This document shows, piece after piece, positions 24,625-38,545 of a stretch of 64,000 nucleotides of DNA. The notes below the pieces were generated by a model, which had not been told where the DNA came from, did not search any database, and was given only the letters and a program-made list of their open reading frames with translations. The stretch lies in NCBI GenBank assembly GCA_012026655.1, contig JAAILG010001248.1, positions 1 to 64,000 on the forward strand. Direction: 5' to 3'. Every line of letters begins with the position of its first letter. The stretch's first letter is position 1. This DNA is from Hydrolagus affinis. Lineage: Eukaryota. Both the position numbers and the translations under genes were made by a program.

Positions 24625-24722
24625 TTGATGTAGCGTTCTCTGCCACCTTATTTGGCATGGCATTCCACATCCCAACAACTCTTTCAGTCTTCTTGTTGCT
24701 ATCTTAAAAGTGTGTCCCCTAA
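24625..24722 (-). mobile_element. CR1 ORF2 C-terminal fragment
   Basis: RGHTFKI..., plus VVGMWNAMP in an adjacent frame. Confidence 0.5.
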
Positions 24723-24879
24723 TGACCAAACCACCCGCCCACCCCCACCATCCCCAACTAGTAGAAATACACTTTACAATACATCTGGCAAAGTCCTTCA
24801 AGATTTTTCAACAATGCGCTGGGGCCGTAGATCAAATGCCCATCTTGTTATCATTATAAGGGAAAGGTTTTCTATATAC

Positions 24880-25023
24880 CTGGAGAGTTGATGGGACGGC
24901 ATTCTCCTGTCATTGGGTCAAACTCCTGGGTATCGGTGAAACAGATGCAGAGGAATGCGCCTTCCACGTTTTCACAGAGGACGTCACCGCATACTCCACT
25001 GATCATTTCACACTCATTTACAT
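24880..25023 (-). CDS. LTBP1: LTBP1 cbEGF exon before TB3 (DVNECEMISGVCGDVLCENVEGAFLCICFTDTQEFDPMTGECRPINSP)
   Basis: 144 nt; ctctag| ... |gtatat; CENVEG-FLC and PMTG-CR motifs. Confidence 0.95.
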
Positions 25024-25324
25024 CTAGAGAGAGACGTAGGTATGAAATAATAAGTCAGTCACTGGCCCATATTCAGTGAATTTCTCAACAGCTCCAGATT
25101 GAGCTTGCTGTTTCTGAGAAGTTCCTGATGTCACTCGTACCCATCACGTTCATTTCTGTGCCATTCATGGCCACTTTCATACTGTTTGAGATCTAACCTG
25201 CTTCCTTCTGACATGTTAAAATGATTCAGGAATTTGAATGTTAACACATGAAACAAATATTAGTTCCCAAATATAAAGGGGAAATTGTCATGAGGGAAGA
25301 GCAGATTAAGGCGCAGAATGGGCT

Positions 25325-25607
25325 GTGGCCAGGCTTTCAGCCTCTCTGCCCCGGACTCTGGAACTCCATCCCACAGTCCCATCGCCTCGCTTCCTCCTTT
25401 GCCTCTTTCAAAACCGGTCTCAAGATAGTCCTTTTCGATCATGTCTTCTGCCGCCCTCCCACCACTCTCCCTCCCATCCCAACTCTCTCCCCCACACCCC
25501 ACCACCTCCCCACCCTGCCCCTCCCTCTCAGATCCTAACCTGTTCAGCACCTTGGGACGTCCTCCCGACTTGAAGGGCGCTCTATAAATGTAATTTTGTT
25601 GTTGTTG
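25325..25607 (+). mobile_element. L2 LINE 3' end (tail type B)
   Basis: LWNSIPQSHRLASSFASFKTGLK; tail ...gggcgctctataaatgtaatttt(gtt)n. Confidence 0.85.
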
Positions 25608-28593
25608 AGAGTGCCAATATTTCCCATGGTTTTAATTTAGCCAAAAGGATTTGCAAATAATGACTCCGCTCAGATAGTAAAGCTGGAATTTTTAAAGTGA
25701 AGTTGAGACTGAGTTTCAAACAGAACTCGGAGAGATGCATCAGAGTAAAAGCAGATCCACTGTTTAATCTCACAATGAAATATCCTATTGCATCAGCCAC
25801 ATAATGTGCTTGTTGAAGTAGTATCCTCAAATGATCTAAGGCTTTTAGATTTTCAACATTCTTGCTTTGAGCAAAATATAGAACATGGCGTTGTCTATTT
25901 GTGGCCAGCTGATAAGAGCAATAAAACAGCTATTTTGAGCATGTTATTAAGGTTTCATAAATCCCGAGCAGGGTATGTGTAGCTTTATATATATATATTA
26001 CATGTCTAAAGCATGTGTGTTACATGCTGCATAGTGATTGTAAGATGCAATTCTATCTTAAGTGCTGCTGTCCTTTCGTGGTGTAACACAATGAATTTAT
26101 TCGTTCAGATTAGGAATGCAGCTGTCTTTGATGGAAGATAAATGAACATGTTACTAGCTATTAGTTGACAGGTAAATTACATTTACAAGCGCAGAGTGAA
26201 GAGGGAATTGCATAAGTAGGGAATAGCCTGTGACGAGCTTTGAACCTAACCAAACTCACAGTATTTTGAGAGAATTATGCCATGCTCAGATGAACACTAA
26301 TGTTTCTATGAGGATACTTTTTGGAGGGGTGAATAAATGGAGTGGCAATATTAGTTGGTGCTTATCTTCAAATGTCTTATCTTCAAATATCATCTCTGCC
26401 TCCCCGTCTCAAAATTCTAAATATTTAACACTTTTTCAATAGATTAAAAAATACAGCTGTGGCATGTTTGTATCTCCTTCAGGAACCTCTCAGAGCTCTG
26501 CTGTAAGAAATTCTAACAAGTTTTTTTTTTCTTTTAAAGGACCACTGCATCCAATCGCCTGTTTATAGATAAGAGTGCTTTTTCGATGTCTGCAGTGCAG
26601 TACCAGGGCTGGAAATCTGCACAGCAGAAGGAATCGTGACTCTTTAAAAATGGATTTACTCGTAGCAGTGTAATCCGGGTCCCTTCCGTCTCTCTAACTG
26701 GGTTTTGAAGTCCTGAGACATTCCTACATTAACACAGAGTGAGTGGGAAGCGACAGACAGACTACAAGAACGTGCTCTAGAATGAAACTGGAGCACTGGT
26801 TCTCTCCCACTGGAGATATACGCATCTTAACAGGATGAGGAATACTTAGCTGGGCAGCACAACCTTTTGTTTCCTCCCCTCTAGTCTGCAAAATGAGCCA
26901 AATGTCTACAGATGCATTGCACTGAAGGAGATATTTTAATCAAGTTCTGTACAGTGAATGCGTATCACACACCAGATGGAATTTCCGGCTGCATTTCTTG
27001 GTCAAAACACTTGTCACTGGGGCTCAGTTCCAGACTGGAATTTCATCCACATGGATCTACATTTTCACTTTTGCTTTAAAAATAAAAATGAACTGGTTTC
27101 CAGTTTGGGACATTTCTTTCTCCGCAAAATAGACTAAATTCCAGTTGTTGCCGAGCAAACACAGCTGAAATAGAAAATAAATTATCACTTACTTAATTTC
27201 CTAATATGGCTTGAAGAACAGTGTTCATTTGTTATGGTTCCGCTTTTTTTAAAAACAATACTGCACTCATAAGTGATGCCAAACACTTTGCAAATCTTAA
27301 AAATCTTTTTTTTTGACAAAATTCATCTTTCAATCTTCTCCCTTCCTAAAGCTTTTGGATTCATTTGTTGCTTCACAAAAGAGTGAAAACAGTAACAGAG
27401 AGACAATATCCCCTCTCCCCACACCTACTGGAATGTACATGTGTGAATAATAGGTGAGCACACGAGTTTGGAAATAATCAGACTCTAATGCAATACTCCT
27501 CAACGCTCAAGTAGCCCATCAACACTCACTGTCGGGGCTAACAAATAATTAATGGTCACATAGGTGTGGAGCCAGAGGGATCTGGTGGAACCATACTCCC
27601 AATAGCACAAAATGGGTCAGAGGGAAGGAGGGAGGGAAATAACCTTAAAGGTCTACAAGGGGATAAAAAAATAAAACTAAAATATGATGCAGAGGATTTA
27701 ATTGATGTGTCTCAGTTTACGAACACTGTGACAGTAAATTTGTGCCGACAGTCAACAAGATGGGTTATTGCACCTTTCCCTTCTGAAGCGTTGCTTTGTT
27801 CGAATGCAAACCTCATTCCCTTTCTTTAAACAGTTCTTGTGCTTGGACCAGCTGTGCAATAACTTCCTGTGATTGGGATTCCGTCATTCATCAAAAAATG
27901 TACCACACATTCCATTCATCGCATGAATGCGTCACAATTTAACCCTTTCGGTTTCACCTATTTGGACAAGCTCATTGTGAATGATGGGGAATGGATCGCT
28001 GACCAGCAATCACTCCAGTGCAGCCCTCTGCCTGGTTTGTGGTGGAAACACATAACACAGATTGACTTGATCCTCATGAGTATTCCGCTCTCCTTTGAAT
28101 AGACCTGAGGGTTGTCCACCAGTGCATAAAGTCAGCTTCTCTTGATTTACTACAAAGCACTTATTGATTAATGCAGTTTTAGATGTGGCTAAATACAAAC
28201 ATCACAGATTGTTAGTTACAGAAGCTGACTTATTTTTTGTCTAAAGATCTCTTTGCACCTCCCCATCTCTGCGATGTCCTCCTAACCTATTCTATCTGCT
28301 TCCTTCATTCATCAAACTCGGATCTTTTGGGTGTCCCCCACTGTCTCCGAACTAGAACCATCATTGATGCCTCGGGGAACCCCTGCCACCTAGCCCTCCA
28401 TCTCACCCTCTCTGTATAGATCAGTCTTAATATCCCACTTAAGCACCTAACCTAACCATGCCTACGATAATCTCCCTCTCCACCCTTTCCCTCTCCTTCC
28501 TTGCTCGGTATCAAACTCTGTCTTTGTGAAGTATTTCAGGACATTATCCTACAGCAAATGTTCCAATGCTGTTTGTAAACAGCAGACACTCAC

Positions 28594-28719
28594 CCACACA
28601 GCCTTGCCCTTCCAGCAAGTCATGGAAGCCCTGGTCACAGATGCAGCGGTACCCACCAGCCGTGTTTTCACAGTAACCGTGACTGCCACACATTGAGCTG
28701 TTTGCGCATTCGTCAACAT
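28594..28719 (-). CDS. LTBP1: LTBP1 cbEGF exon (DVDECANSSMCGSHGYCENTAGGYRCICDQGFHDLLEGQGCV)
   Basis: 126 nt; ttgcag| ... |gtgagt; translated by hand. Confidence 0.95.
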
Positions 28720-31700
28720 CTGCAAATGAAACGTTATGAAGGTCAGACCATGCCTGTGAGAAGTGTCACATTTCTCGCAAGTGAAAACTTCCACGGAATT
28801 TAGTCAGGAGATTAACTGCTCCTGCGAAGTGGAGCCATCCACTAGAGGTGATTGCATCACCATAGAGCAAAAACAACAACAAACGTTGCACTCATAACAT
28901 TGAGGAGAAATTCTACCTGGATCTATAATAATACCAAAAATATTAATAATCATCCTTGGATTTGGGATGCTGCTTGATCACTTCGTTGACACATCTCTAG
29001 GCACTTCGCAAGGTATACTGTAAAGTGGATTGGCTGTGTATTTTGAGGGCGAAATTAGTGTTTTGTAAAGTTCAATTTTCACTCTCTCCCACAAGAAAAT
29101 GCAAGCACGCTCTTTACCTTAGCAGAGAGGTTCCATATGAACCCTCTGCTTTTAGTCACTGGGATCTATTACGTGAGTTGCATAAACTATGTGTAAACGT
29201 TTCATTGATTATTAATTGCATAAGTAGAAATATGTAATTCCCTCTGTGCCTGTTTACACATGGTCTGCCTACCTTAATAAATAATTGTCGCATTTGATAT
29301 AGTGCCTTATCAAGTTGTTGAAACATCTCCAAGTGTTTCACAGGAATTTACTGCGAACATTTACAGGCTCTGGATTTACTTCATCCAACATTTTAGAACA
29401 ACTAGAATTTAGAAAATTCTTAAATGCAACCTTAATTTTGGAGCCTGTTATCTGTATATTTCTTTAAGAACCACATAAAATACTGACTTCAAAGTTAAGC
29501 CTGAATCCAACAATTTACAAATACTGGAGAGTCCAAAATACGATAGAGTAAATCTAGCTGCTGGTGAGATTTCTCTCCAACATAGCCTAAAGGAGCCACA
29601 TTCATTAAGATGTCATCAACATCATAGTCATCATTAGTATTAATATGTAAAAGATGTAAAAGAGAGCTTTGAAATGCTGCACTACGCAGTCCGGCTCACA
29701 CGGTTCTACATCTCTGACTATGTATTCTAAGTTGTATAAATTGTGGGGGAGGGGGAGGGGGAGAGCATAGGCCAGTGGCTATTTCTTCACCCTGGGCAGA
29801 CGCAGAGAGGTGTAAACCCTGCTCACCTTTCCAGTGCATCCCTTGTCACGTGGGTACTGTACAGGGAGGCAGAGAGTTTATCTCTCTGACCTCTCAACCA
29901 GGAAGATGGTGCGTGGCGAGAGATCAAACAGAAAGGAACAAGATGGGAATGAAAATAGTAAAATACCTCTAAAGGGCAAACCAGTCTTTGAATTCAACCT
30001 TTCAAGCCACATACCATAACATTTATTGATACCTGAATTATTTCAGGATTGCATCAATGGGGGTCTTACACATCCCATTTAGTAATGCCAGCAATCTTTT
30101 TGTCCTGTGATTAATAATGCGTTAATAATAATGATGTTTCAACCTTTTAAAGAATGGAATCTTAATAGCAAATATCCTGTCTCTTTTCCCCTCCACTCTG
30201 CTCCCTTCCACAGCTACTCTGGAGGCCACTGTCTTGCAACTCAGAGAATGGGGTGGCTAATTTAAAATACTGTACCTACTTAGATAAACATGTATTGAAT
30301 AATAATTATATAATTTATTGTACCTTGCTCTGTGGGCAATCTTGTGCCAATGTTTCACTAATTAACACTATATCTGTCGCATAGACAATACAATTGCACG
30401 TACACATAAAATACGGTTCCAATTTTATCACTTCTGCTAATTCCGTGCTTTCGATGAAAATATGAAACAGGAATAGGAATAAGTTGAAATGTTTTCACTT
30501 ATCGAATACTCAAATGATATATAAACACAGCAAGAGTTGAATATGAATTTAGTTTTAAGTGGTGTTAAAAAATATATTAGTGGATTTTTTTTTACATCCT
30601 CAGAAACTGGTATAAAGAGAAATGAGTCCTCATATTCACTATTTCAATGAACAAAATTTTAAATTCACCACTTGGGATACTGCACAAGGGAGCTCCGTAC
30701 TTGCTTTCCCAATTTCTCCATGTGGTTTTAATGTTCTGCTCTCCAGCCCTCCCCCCTCATTCTTGTCCTTTCCAGGTAACATCAGCAAGTTGCAATGTTT
30801 TGAGCATTCAATATCAATATCTTCAATCGTATATTGTCAAGTATCATCAATCTTATATTATCAAGTATCAATGCAATGTATAGGTTGACTAAACCTGGGA
30901 TTCATAATGTGTTCAATGTAATAAATATCTTGCGCTGGATCTAAAACAGGTGTCTGGTTAGTCTCATTCTATTGCCTTTTCTCCAAATGCTTTCATATCC
31001 TTATCGAAACATAATTAATTGATTCCCTCTTGAGGGTATTTCACATACTCTACCCCCAACCCCAACAAACTCCACTCTCCCCACACTGAAGAAAACGTAT
31101 ACAGATTTGCTTCAGGTAATAATACACCAAACTGAGTCTCCAAAGCAGCATCAAACGAGTGTAGTTCCATCCTATAGAGATTAACCCATTCCCAAAGATG
31201 ACAACAACCCCAAGAATAGCAGTAAAATGGCCCTGTTTAAAATTAGCAAATGTTTCATCTTCACTTTTTAAAGAATTTCCCACTGTAATCACAGGAGAAA
31301 CGATTGCTGGCATTACTGCCTATCTCACTACTACTATCCATCAGGTTTCACAGGTCACATTATCCAGCACATGCCTTAGCATTGATGCACCTGATTAAGA
31401 CTCTTTCACCATTTCACACTACACTCCTGAATTCACTTTCATGATCATTTTTTTCATGTGAATGAGCCCACGGCTCACTATAAGCAGGCAGTTCAAGAGG
31501 TTGGAAAACATTCACTTCTCCCTCCTGTTTGCTGATTAAAGAAGAGACAAAATATGTGGTTTATTTACATTTGCTTAAATAATTAGAATGTTGATCTTAA
31601 TGTCTCTTAGAGCTCAGAATGCTTAACAAATTGAAGTTTGAAAGGCCAAGTCATAAAAGTGATTGATAGGGCAGTATAAATGTTGGGATAATTCAGACCT

Positions 31701-32231
31701 TAATGTGGTCAATATGTTTCCTTTGATAAATATTTTTCTTAGAATGATGACTGTGGTTCATGGTACAGATGCATTAAAGCAATGAAACATGAAGGATCCA
31801 AGAAAACTCAAACTGGGCTCCTTTTGAAAGCAGAGTTCGTGGAACAAAGCTTTGCTCCATACATACAATGCCAACGGTTCCTTAAACATGGTGCTGGGGA
31901 AGAAAAGCGAATGTTTTGATAGGGTGAGTCGGTGCCTAAAACTAATCAGAGAAACTCTACTGACAACAAGAGATTGTTCCATTGTAGATCAGGTGTTCAA
32001 CCTCTGTAGGACATGCTGGTTTAACTGCTGATTTGCAGATCCAGCAGTAGTATTGCTTTGAGCAATACCCATTCCTAAACCACATGTCACCTAGAGACTA
32101 TTTCTATAGAATACAAAAACAGAAGTGGCAAGTACAGCTGATGCGGAAGCAAGTCAGAGAGGTATAACTCTATAGGTTAGTTGTCACAGCACACCTCCAC
32201 ATCTTTACAGTGCGTCTTTGGTCCAACTCAC

Positions 32232-32360
32232 CAACACAGATCCCTGAAGATTTAAGAGAGTAGCCAGGCGGGCAATCCATGATGCATTTGTAAGAGCCAA
32301 TAGCATTTTCACATCGCCAAGATCCACAGATGTTGCTGTATTCTTTACATTCATCAATGT
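32232..32360 (-). CDS. LTBP1: LTBP1 cbEGF exon, LTBP2-type extra domain 2 (DIDECKEYSNICGSWRCENAIGSYKCIMDCPPGYSLKSSGICV)
   Basis: 129 nt; gtgcag| ... |gtgagt; inside ORF 32170..32385; unusual C4-x3-C5 spacing. Confidence 0.93.
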
Positions 32361-35300
32361 CTGCACAGAGAGTAAAGTAATGCATCCTTATTCCTCACCT
32401 CAGCATTTGTGGACTACCTGTGCTTTCCGACAGAGTTAGATCATCTTTTGGACTTGTGATCAGCTCAGATACTACCAACAAATACAGATGTTTAAAGTCA
32501 TGCTGTTAATCTTGAGATATACAAGCCCAATTTTCCCCTGGGAGCTGACTATCTGCACTTGGGTGACAGTAATTGCCCTTCCTCAATCCAGTCACAAAGT
32601 TTGGAGCTTTAATGTCTCTTGATCTCTACTGGGTGAAAATGCGGGGGAACGTGTGGACTAACCATAGGACTGGCCAGTGCTTGTTCGCTATTACTGAAGC
32701 AAAAAATGAACGTAGAGATAAGAATATCTGCAAAATAATAACACAAGAGGGCAGCAGGTCACTTTGCAACAAAGCAGAAGGATGTGGATTCCTACAAAAT
32801 GAGTCCCCGACCTCATCTAGAGCGAGGGTTTGTCAGTCACGGAGCAATAAGAGATCAACATGAAGAACAGGAATTAAGTCCAGCGTCTTCTTGTGGCTAG
32901 TTATAGAGCAGGACTGGAGGCCGGCCTGGAGACTGCCTTCCTGCCTGCTTGGTCAAGGAATCGTGGTGTGATGGCAAAGAGGGGAAGGATGGTGCCAAAA
33001 AGGGGCAAGAATATAAGTTACAAGTTGGGAGTGGGGCGTAAAAGCACCCTTGTGCTGGAAGCCCTGTCAAGTAGGTTGATTAAATTGTAAAATGTGTTTT
33101 TTTTACCTGGTTTCACGGCATTTTGTATGCAAACTCGTTCTGTCATTTTTTTGCAATTATTTATTTTCTAATTTATAGGCCGGTGGTAGGTTATCCCCCT
33201 CCCTCCCAAGCTTTGCCATTCGCTTGTTGACTGAGCCTCAAGAATAGTGCAACATTGCAGTTTAATTCATTTATTGAATGCTATTAAACTAGCCCAATAG
33301 CCCACTAACCTGCTCTCCATTGCCACTGGCCTGCACTTCATGGGTGAATGACACTGCAGAACCAGCAATACAATTTGGGCAGAATTTTATGATTGTGAAA
33401 GTGGCCATTTGTGATAATTAATGCAATGTAATTTTTCAACCTAGGTTGAAAACAGTTCCAGAATACTGTCCCCAAAATTAGTGCTGGCAACTGAAAAGGG
33501 GAAAATGGGGCCCACCTACAGACTGGTGATAAAATAGGATTAGTGATGGCGCCGCTCCATCAATGTTACTGAACTCACAATGAGGAAAAAATGTAAGAGA
33601 TATTTGTTAGTTAGGCTGTGAATATTAGACATTTGGCATGGAACATATGGATAGAACCTTACACACATCCTACATTAAATAATACAGGACAAAGTTTGTA
33701 TCTTTCTATGATGGTTGATGATAAATTCACTCCCCTGTCCCCGATGTGACAATGGACCATTGGATTTACATGTTGCCCCCTTCCAGAGGCCCTAGTCCTT
33801 GTCTTTAGATAATTGTTTTAGGGGAAGCTACTTTGAGATGTCCCAACACTAAACCAATTGCAAGGATTATTACTAAGCCAATCTTTCTGCAGTTTTTTGT
33901 TTTAAATGAGAACCAGCTTCCAAATTAAACTATTTTCAAACTTCTGCATGGTCATAAATTTTAATCCAATGGTCTTGAAAGTTGAAGAAGAATTTTGAGA
34001 CGCAGGTGTCAGGTCCAATCAAACAATATTGGTCATCAACGTTCATAGAGCAAACACAATCCAAAAACATTACTGCTGCATTTCACTTGGGAGAAGGCTT
34101 TCACTGCATACTCCTTTTCCTGGATCCTCCCTATGTGCAACTAGGATTTACTGGGACTCTCCCTCATAGCTTATTCTGGGTCTCACACTCACCAAATTAA
34201 AGCAGTAAAACCTCCACCATCAGCAGGACCTTTCTCATGCAACAAACACAGACAACACAATTATTGAGCAATGCACCACAAACAACATTCTAATTGCCCT
34301 TCCACCAGTTACGTAAAGTTGTGTCATGCGCTCGATTACATTACAAATGTTTGTAATACCTTTGACAAGTTTACGGCTCGGCAAAGATGTTCAACAGGCA
34401 AGAATTACAAACTCACATGTACCGAATCAGGAAGTCAATATCATTCATAACAACATTGCATTTTATGAATGTTATGTAAAATAACAGATACTTGTTCAAG
34501 ACTATTTAGCTCTATTTGGCGATGCAGGGAACATTTGTGGAACACTCACACTTCACTCTTGTCAAGATTTCACACTTGTAGTCTATGCCCTTCTCTGAGA
34601 GTTGTAATCCATTTGGTCAAATCTCTTTAAGGTATCTACAGTGTTATATTTAGAACTTTTAATGGGTAGTATAAAATGTGCATGACTAAACACTGTGAAC
34701 CTAGTCTTCTCAAGCAAAGGAATAGCAAACAAAGGCAATAGTTAATCAACAATTTGTAAACGTCAGTCGTTTTCAGATGAATTAAAATCCATTACAATGA
34801 TGCTCAACAAGTCAGGGTCTGATCTTTTTCAACTTTATTCCGTTTTCCTTGCATTGACAATGCCTTGGCAAGTGCTTATCAAAGAGGGAGCAATGAAGGC
34901 CATCCATCTAAGATTAGATACTGATTTATTGCCCATTCTGTGTACAGTAGTGTTATTGTGCTTGGCAATCTAAGGCAAGTTTACCAGAGTAGATCAGTAA
35001 CAACTCTCCCTCTCTAGACATAGGTATCAGCGATTGCCCTAACTCAGGTGGAGATTGTGGACCTATTGAGAAGATGTAAATGAGATGCAAAACTTCTCTA
35101 CTTTTGGATTTTCAATGTAGGGTTACCACCAGTCCCAATCCAAGGAGCACAGACCTGGATTTATTAAGAGCTCCATGTCCTGCTGCTACCTTGATCAGGT
35201 TGCCAAATGTCTGGGCTTTTCCCGTGCATGCTTTTTGTTTTCTTCATGTAATACCACAGGGTGCCTGTCTGTGGTCTGGGTGTAAACGGTGACCTGATGA

Positions 35301-36652
35301 CTATCTTATCGTACAGTGCTGAAGTGCTCGCCAACTCCTGAAACCTTAATCTGAAGAGTGTGTTGACACTGGCAATGCATCAAGAATGAAGCTTTTGATC
35401 ACAGAATGAAGTTTGACGGTTGCCACCCAGCCTTCTGTGTTTAGTCATTCTCTATAAAAACTGCACTCTGCTGACTGCATTAAATTTAATGGTCTTTCAG
35501 ATGTTTTACATGTGAACTAGGAGAGAGCAGTTCTGTGGATGTATAACCGTAGATCTAAAACAATCCCATGGATGTGCATCAGTATTACTATCTGAGTATA
35601 GTATAATGTGGCACTTTATGTACCCCTGAAGTCTTCAATAGTCAAGAATCTTAAGCTACGTCTAACTATGTAATGTGAGTAAGGACCAGCAGTGAATCAA
35701 TAACTGGAGCTATAATCACACGCACCATGTCTATCTGTGCGTAATAAAATATAAAGAGTAGTATTATTCCACCTTGTATACATATTTCTTTTCCAAAATT
35801 CACTAAACCTTTACTCTTGATTTTGTTTTTACCTCTTGTCAGATCTCACAAGCAAATCCATCACCCCTAAACATCTAAGACTGAGACCTCAGCATAGGCC
35901 TGTTATTCCACCCAAACATACCCCAGAAGATTACAATGTCATCATTCTTAAAATTCAAGAGCGATTAGAATTGCAGACTTTTTAAAAAAAATTCAGACTC
36001 AATTTGAAAGCTGTTTTCTGCAGCTCTTAAATGGACATTGCTTGCGAACGATGCCTGAATTCAAGAGTTTTCTACAATTCTGCAGATTCTTAAGTTTATA
36101 ACAAAATTGTCTTACTGGCTAGGACTGGGAAAAATTTCAGGCCATGTGTGGGTAATGGCAGACCCACACACCGTACTGCAGAGTGAGATGCTGCACTGGT
36201 TTGTTAGTGCACAGTGATACTAGATTGACCCAAGTCAGTAAACATTTCAAGGCAGTCCTGTTCCATAGCCAACTCTAAAACAAGACTTAACCTAGCCAGA
36301 ACACACGCTACTGTAGAGGAACACGGAATAAAATTGAAGTCATCAATCAGATGGATTGTTGGATCTGCACATACACAAATCCTCAGTTTGATTATTTGCC
36401 TTTTGAATATGGAATCCATTCCACATATTCCCTACTCCATGCAAATTGATAAATCTGAACTGTCTGTTCACTTTCCTCCCAGTGATTTTGAGTCTCTGCT
36501 CCCTGGCTCTAGATATTTTGATTATACTAAAAGCATGATTTGGGATCAATGTGTTTATTTTTAAGAATACTTAAGAACTTCAAGTTTCTGTCATTTTTCT
36601 TGTTAGCATTTTTGATACGATCCATTTTTAACAAGAAACAAAGGTCATTTAC

Positions 36653-36775
36653 CAATACATGTTTCACTTGTAGGGCTGAGGTGGAAACCTTTGGTACATT
36701 CACATCTATACGAGCCATCAGTATTCACACAAGTGCCGCCGTAGCATTTGGTACGAGCTGCACATTCATCAAAAT
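36653..36775 (-). CDS. LTBP1: LTBP1 cbEGF exon, LTBP2-type extra domain 1 (DFDECAARTKCYGGTCVNTDGSYRCECTKGFHLSPTSETCI)
   Basis: 123 nt; ttgcag| ... |gtaaat; 6 Cys and Ca-binding consensus; translated by hand. Confidence 0.92.
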
Positions 36776-37039
36776 CTGCAAAATATAGACACTTCACACA
36801 TTAAATACAGTCAACTCCTACAAAACCCAAGGCTACAGAGATTGATCAACTGAACGTGATACTGGTCTCAAAGGTTAGGGGGTGGGAGGTAGAGGGTGGG
36901 GAGAAATGTAAAATAAAAGAGAAAGATTTGATTCTTTTAAGAACTACAGAAATCCAGTTTTAAAGTTAAGACTGAATTCAACAAATTGCCTAATTCTGGA
37001 AGCTGTAAAGTTTGCCCAAGCGAAATCCTGAATCCACTT

Positions 37040-37330
37040 CTGTGGAGTTCTGTAGCCTAGTGGTTAGAGTACTGGGTTTGATTCTGGGGTGGGGTGGAGG
37101 GGTTGATGGTGCAATGTTGGACAAGCTTCCTTACTCTATACACCTCTGTTCATCTAGCAACAAGTAGGAATCCAGTTGTTAGTCAATTGGCGGATTGCTT
37201 TACCCGGGGTAAATAATAATATAAATTTGGTCCACAATCCGCAACTATTTGTGGAACACTGCTGTGCACAATTGGCTGCCGCGTTTCACCTACAAAATAT
37301 ATAGTCAATTAACTTTACAGTATATTCTAT
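37040..37330 (+). mobile_element. tRNA-derived Deu-domain SINE (degenerate), followed by an inverted-looking L2 type B tail
   Basis: ggagttctgtagcctagtggttagagtact head; Deu core at 37245-37290. Confidence 0.7.
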
Positions 37331-37944
37331 GAGGCACCTTGGCATGTCCTCCCGATGTGAAAGGTGCTAGACAAATTTTATATTGTATTATTATCATTGG
37401 AGTACTTACTGTCACATTAAAGCTTTCCTCCAAATGTGCTCCACATCCTAGATCAAGCACTAGACACCCCCACCCACTCCATTCGCAAGTGTACACCTGA
37501 TCAAGTCAATTTCTGTGCAAACTGGTTCAATAACCATTCGCAACATACTCCTTCACCCGAAAAACCACAATCAGGCATTTTTGAGAACTGCAGACATTTG
37601 CCTTGCAAGTTCCATGCAAATATCTTCTAATGTTAAGATTACAGTTCTAAAATGTCTTTGTGTGGATTACAATGACAGTAATCGCTCCACTTACCCAAGG
37701 CACTTTGGGGTTTATCAGGTTTTTTGATCTTCAGATGAAAATCATGGGACTGACTTAATGCCTTAAGACTCTGCACAATGACATTACTGCAGTGCTGTGC
37801 TTCAGTTCAGATAACCCTTGGGTTCTTTCGCAAGTACATTGGTATTAGGTACAAAAATGCATTAAATCTAAACGAGCTTTGTGCTTTTTTAAGCAAGCAA
37901 AATGTTCTTGGCTAAACTTTATTCTATTATACCCAAGGTAGTTT

Positions 37945-38235
37945 CCGTTCACACACTTGCACGCACACACAATAGCCGCATTCAAACTCACCATGAATAC
38001 CCACAAACACACACGGATGCATGCATACACATACAAATGCACGCATGCATACATATACACAGATGCACATGCAGACAGACTCACACAAATGTAGATACTG
38101 TACACATGTACATCCACGTATTGCTGGACATTAAATGGCATAAAGGACATATATCAACAGACAAACTCAGGCAGACTCAATAAACATCAGAGATGCATAC
38201 ACAGGCACACAAACATGCATGACTGTACATGTACA
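37945..38235. repeat. Degenerate (CA)/(CATA)/(TGCA) alternating purine-pyrimidine tract
   Basis: cacacacggatgcatgcatacacatacaaatgcacgcatgcatacatatacac... Confidence 0.8.
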
Positions 38236-38254
38236 TAAAAAACAAAAGGAAAGA

Positions 38255-38545
38255 GCTTGTCTAAGTGGCTAAAGCACTCGCCTCACAAGCGAGAGACCCG
38301 GGTTCAATTCCAGGCAGAGCGAAACCTTGGGCAAGTTTCCTTACTCCACACGCTTGATAATAATCTCTCAAGAAAAAAAAATTTGGTCAAATCCACGGTT
38401 GTTTGTGGGACACTGCTGAGAGCAATTGGCTGCTGTGTTTCGCCCAGAAATATACAGTCAATTCGCTTTACAGTATATTCTATGAAGCACTTTGAGAAGT
38501 CTCAAACATGTGAAAAACGCTGTATTGAATAGAAGGAGTATTTAT
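38255..38545 (+). mobile_element. Near full-length tRNA-derived Deu-domain SINE
   Basis: agtggctaaagcactcgcctcacaagcgagagacccgggttcaattcc head (B box), Deu core, tail. Confidence 0.85.

Noticed and set aside
29775-29972. Cys-rich + strand ORF (RCKPCSPFQCIPCH)
   Set aside because: No domain-consistent Cys spacing, antisense to the gene and no exon context.
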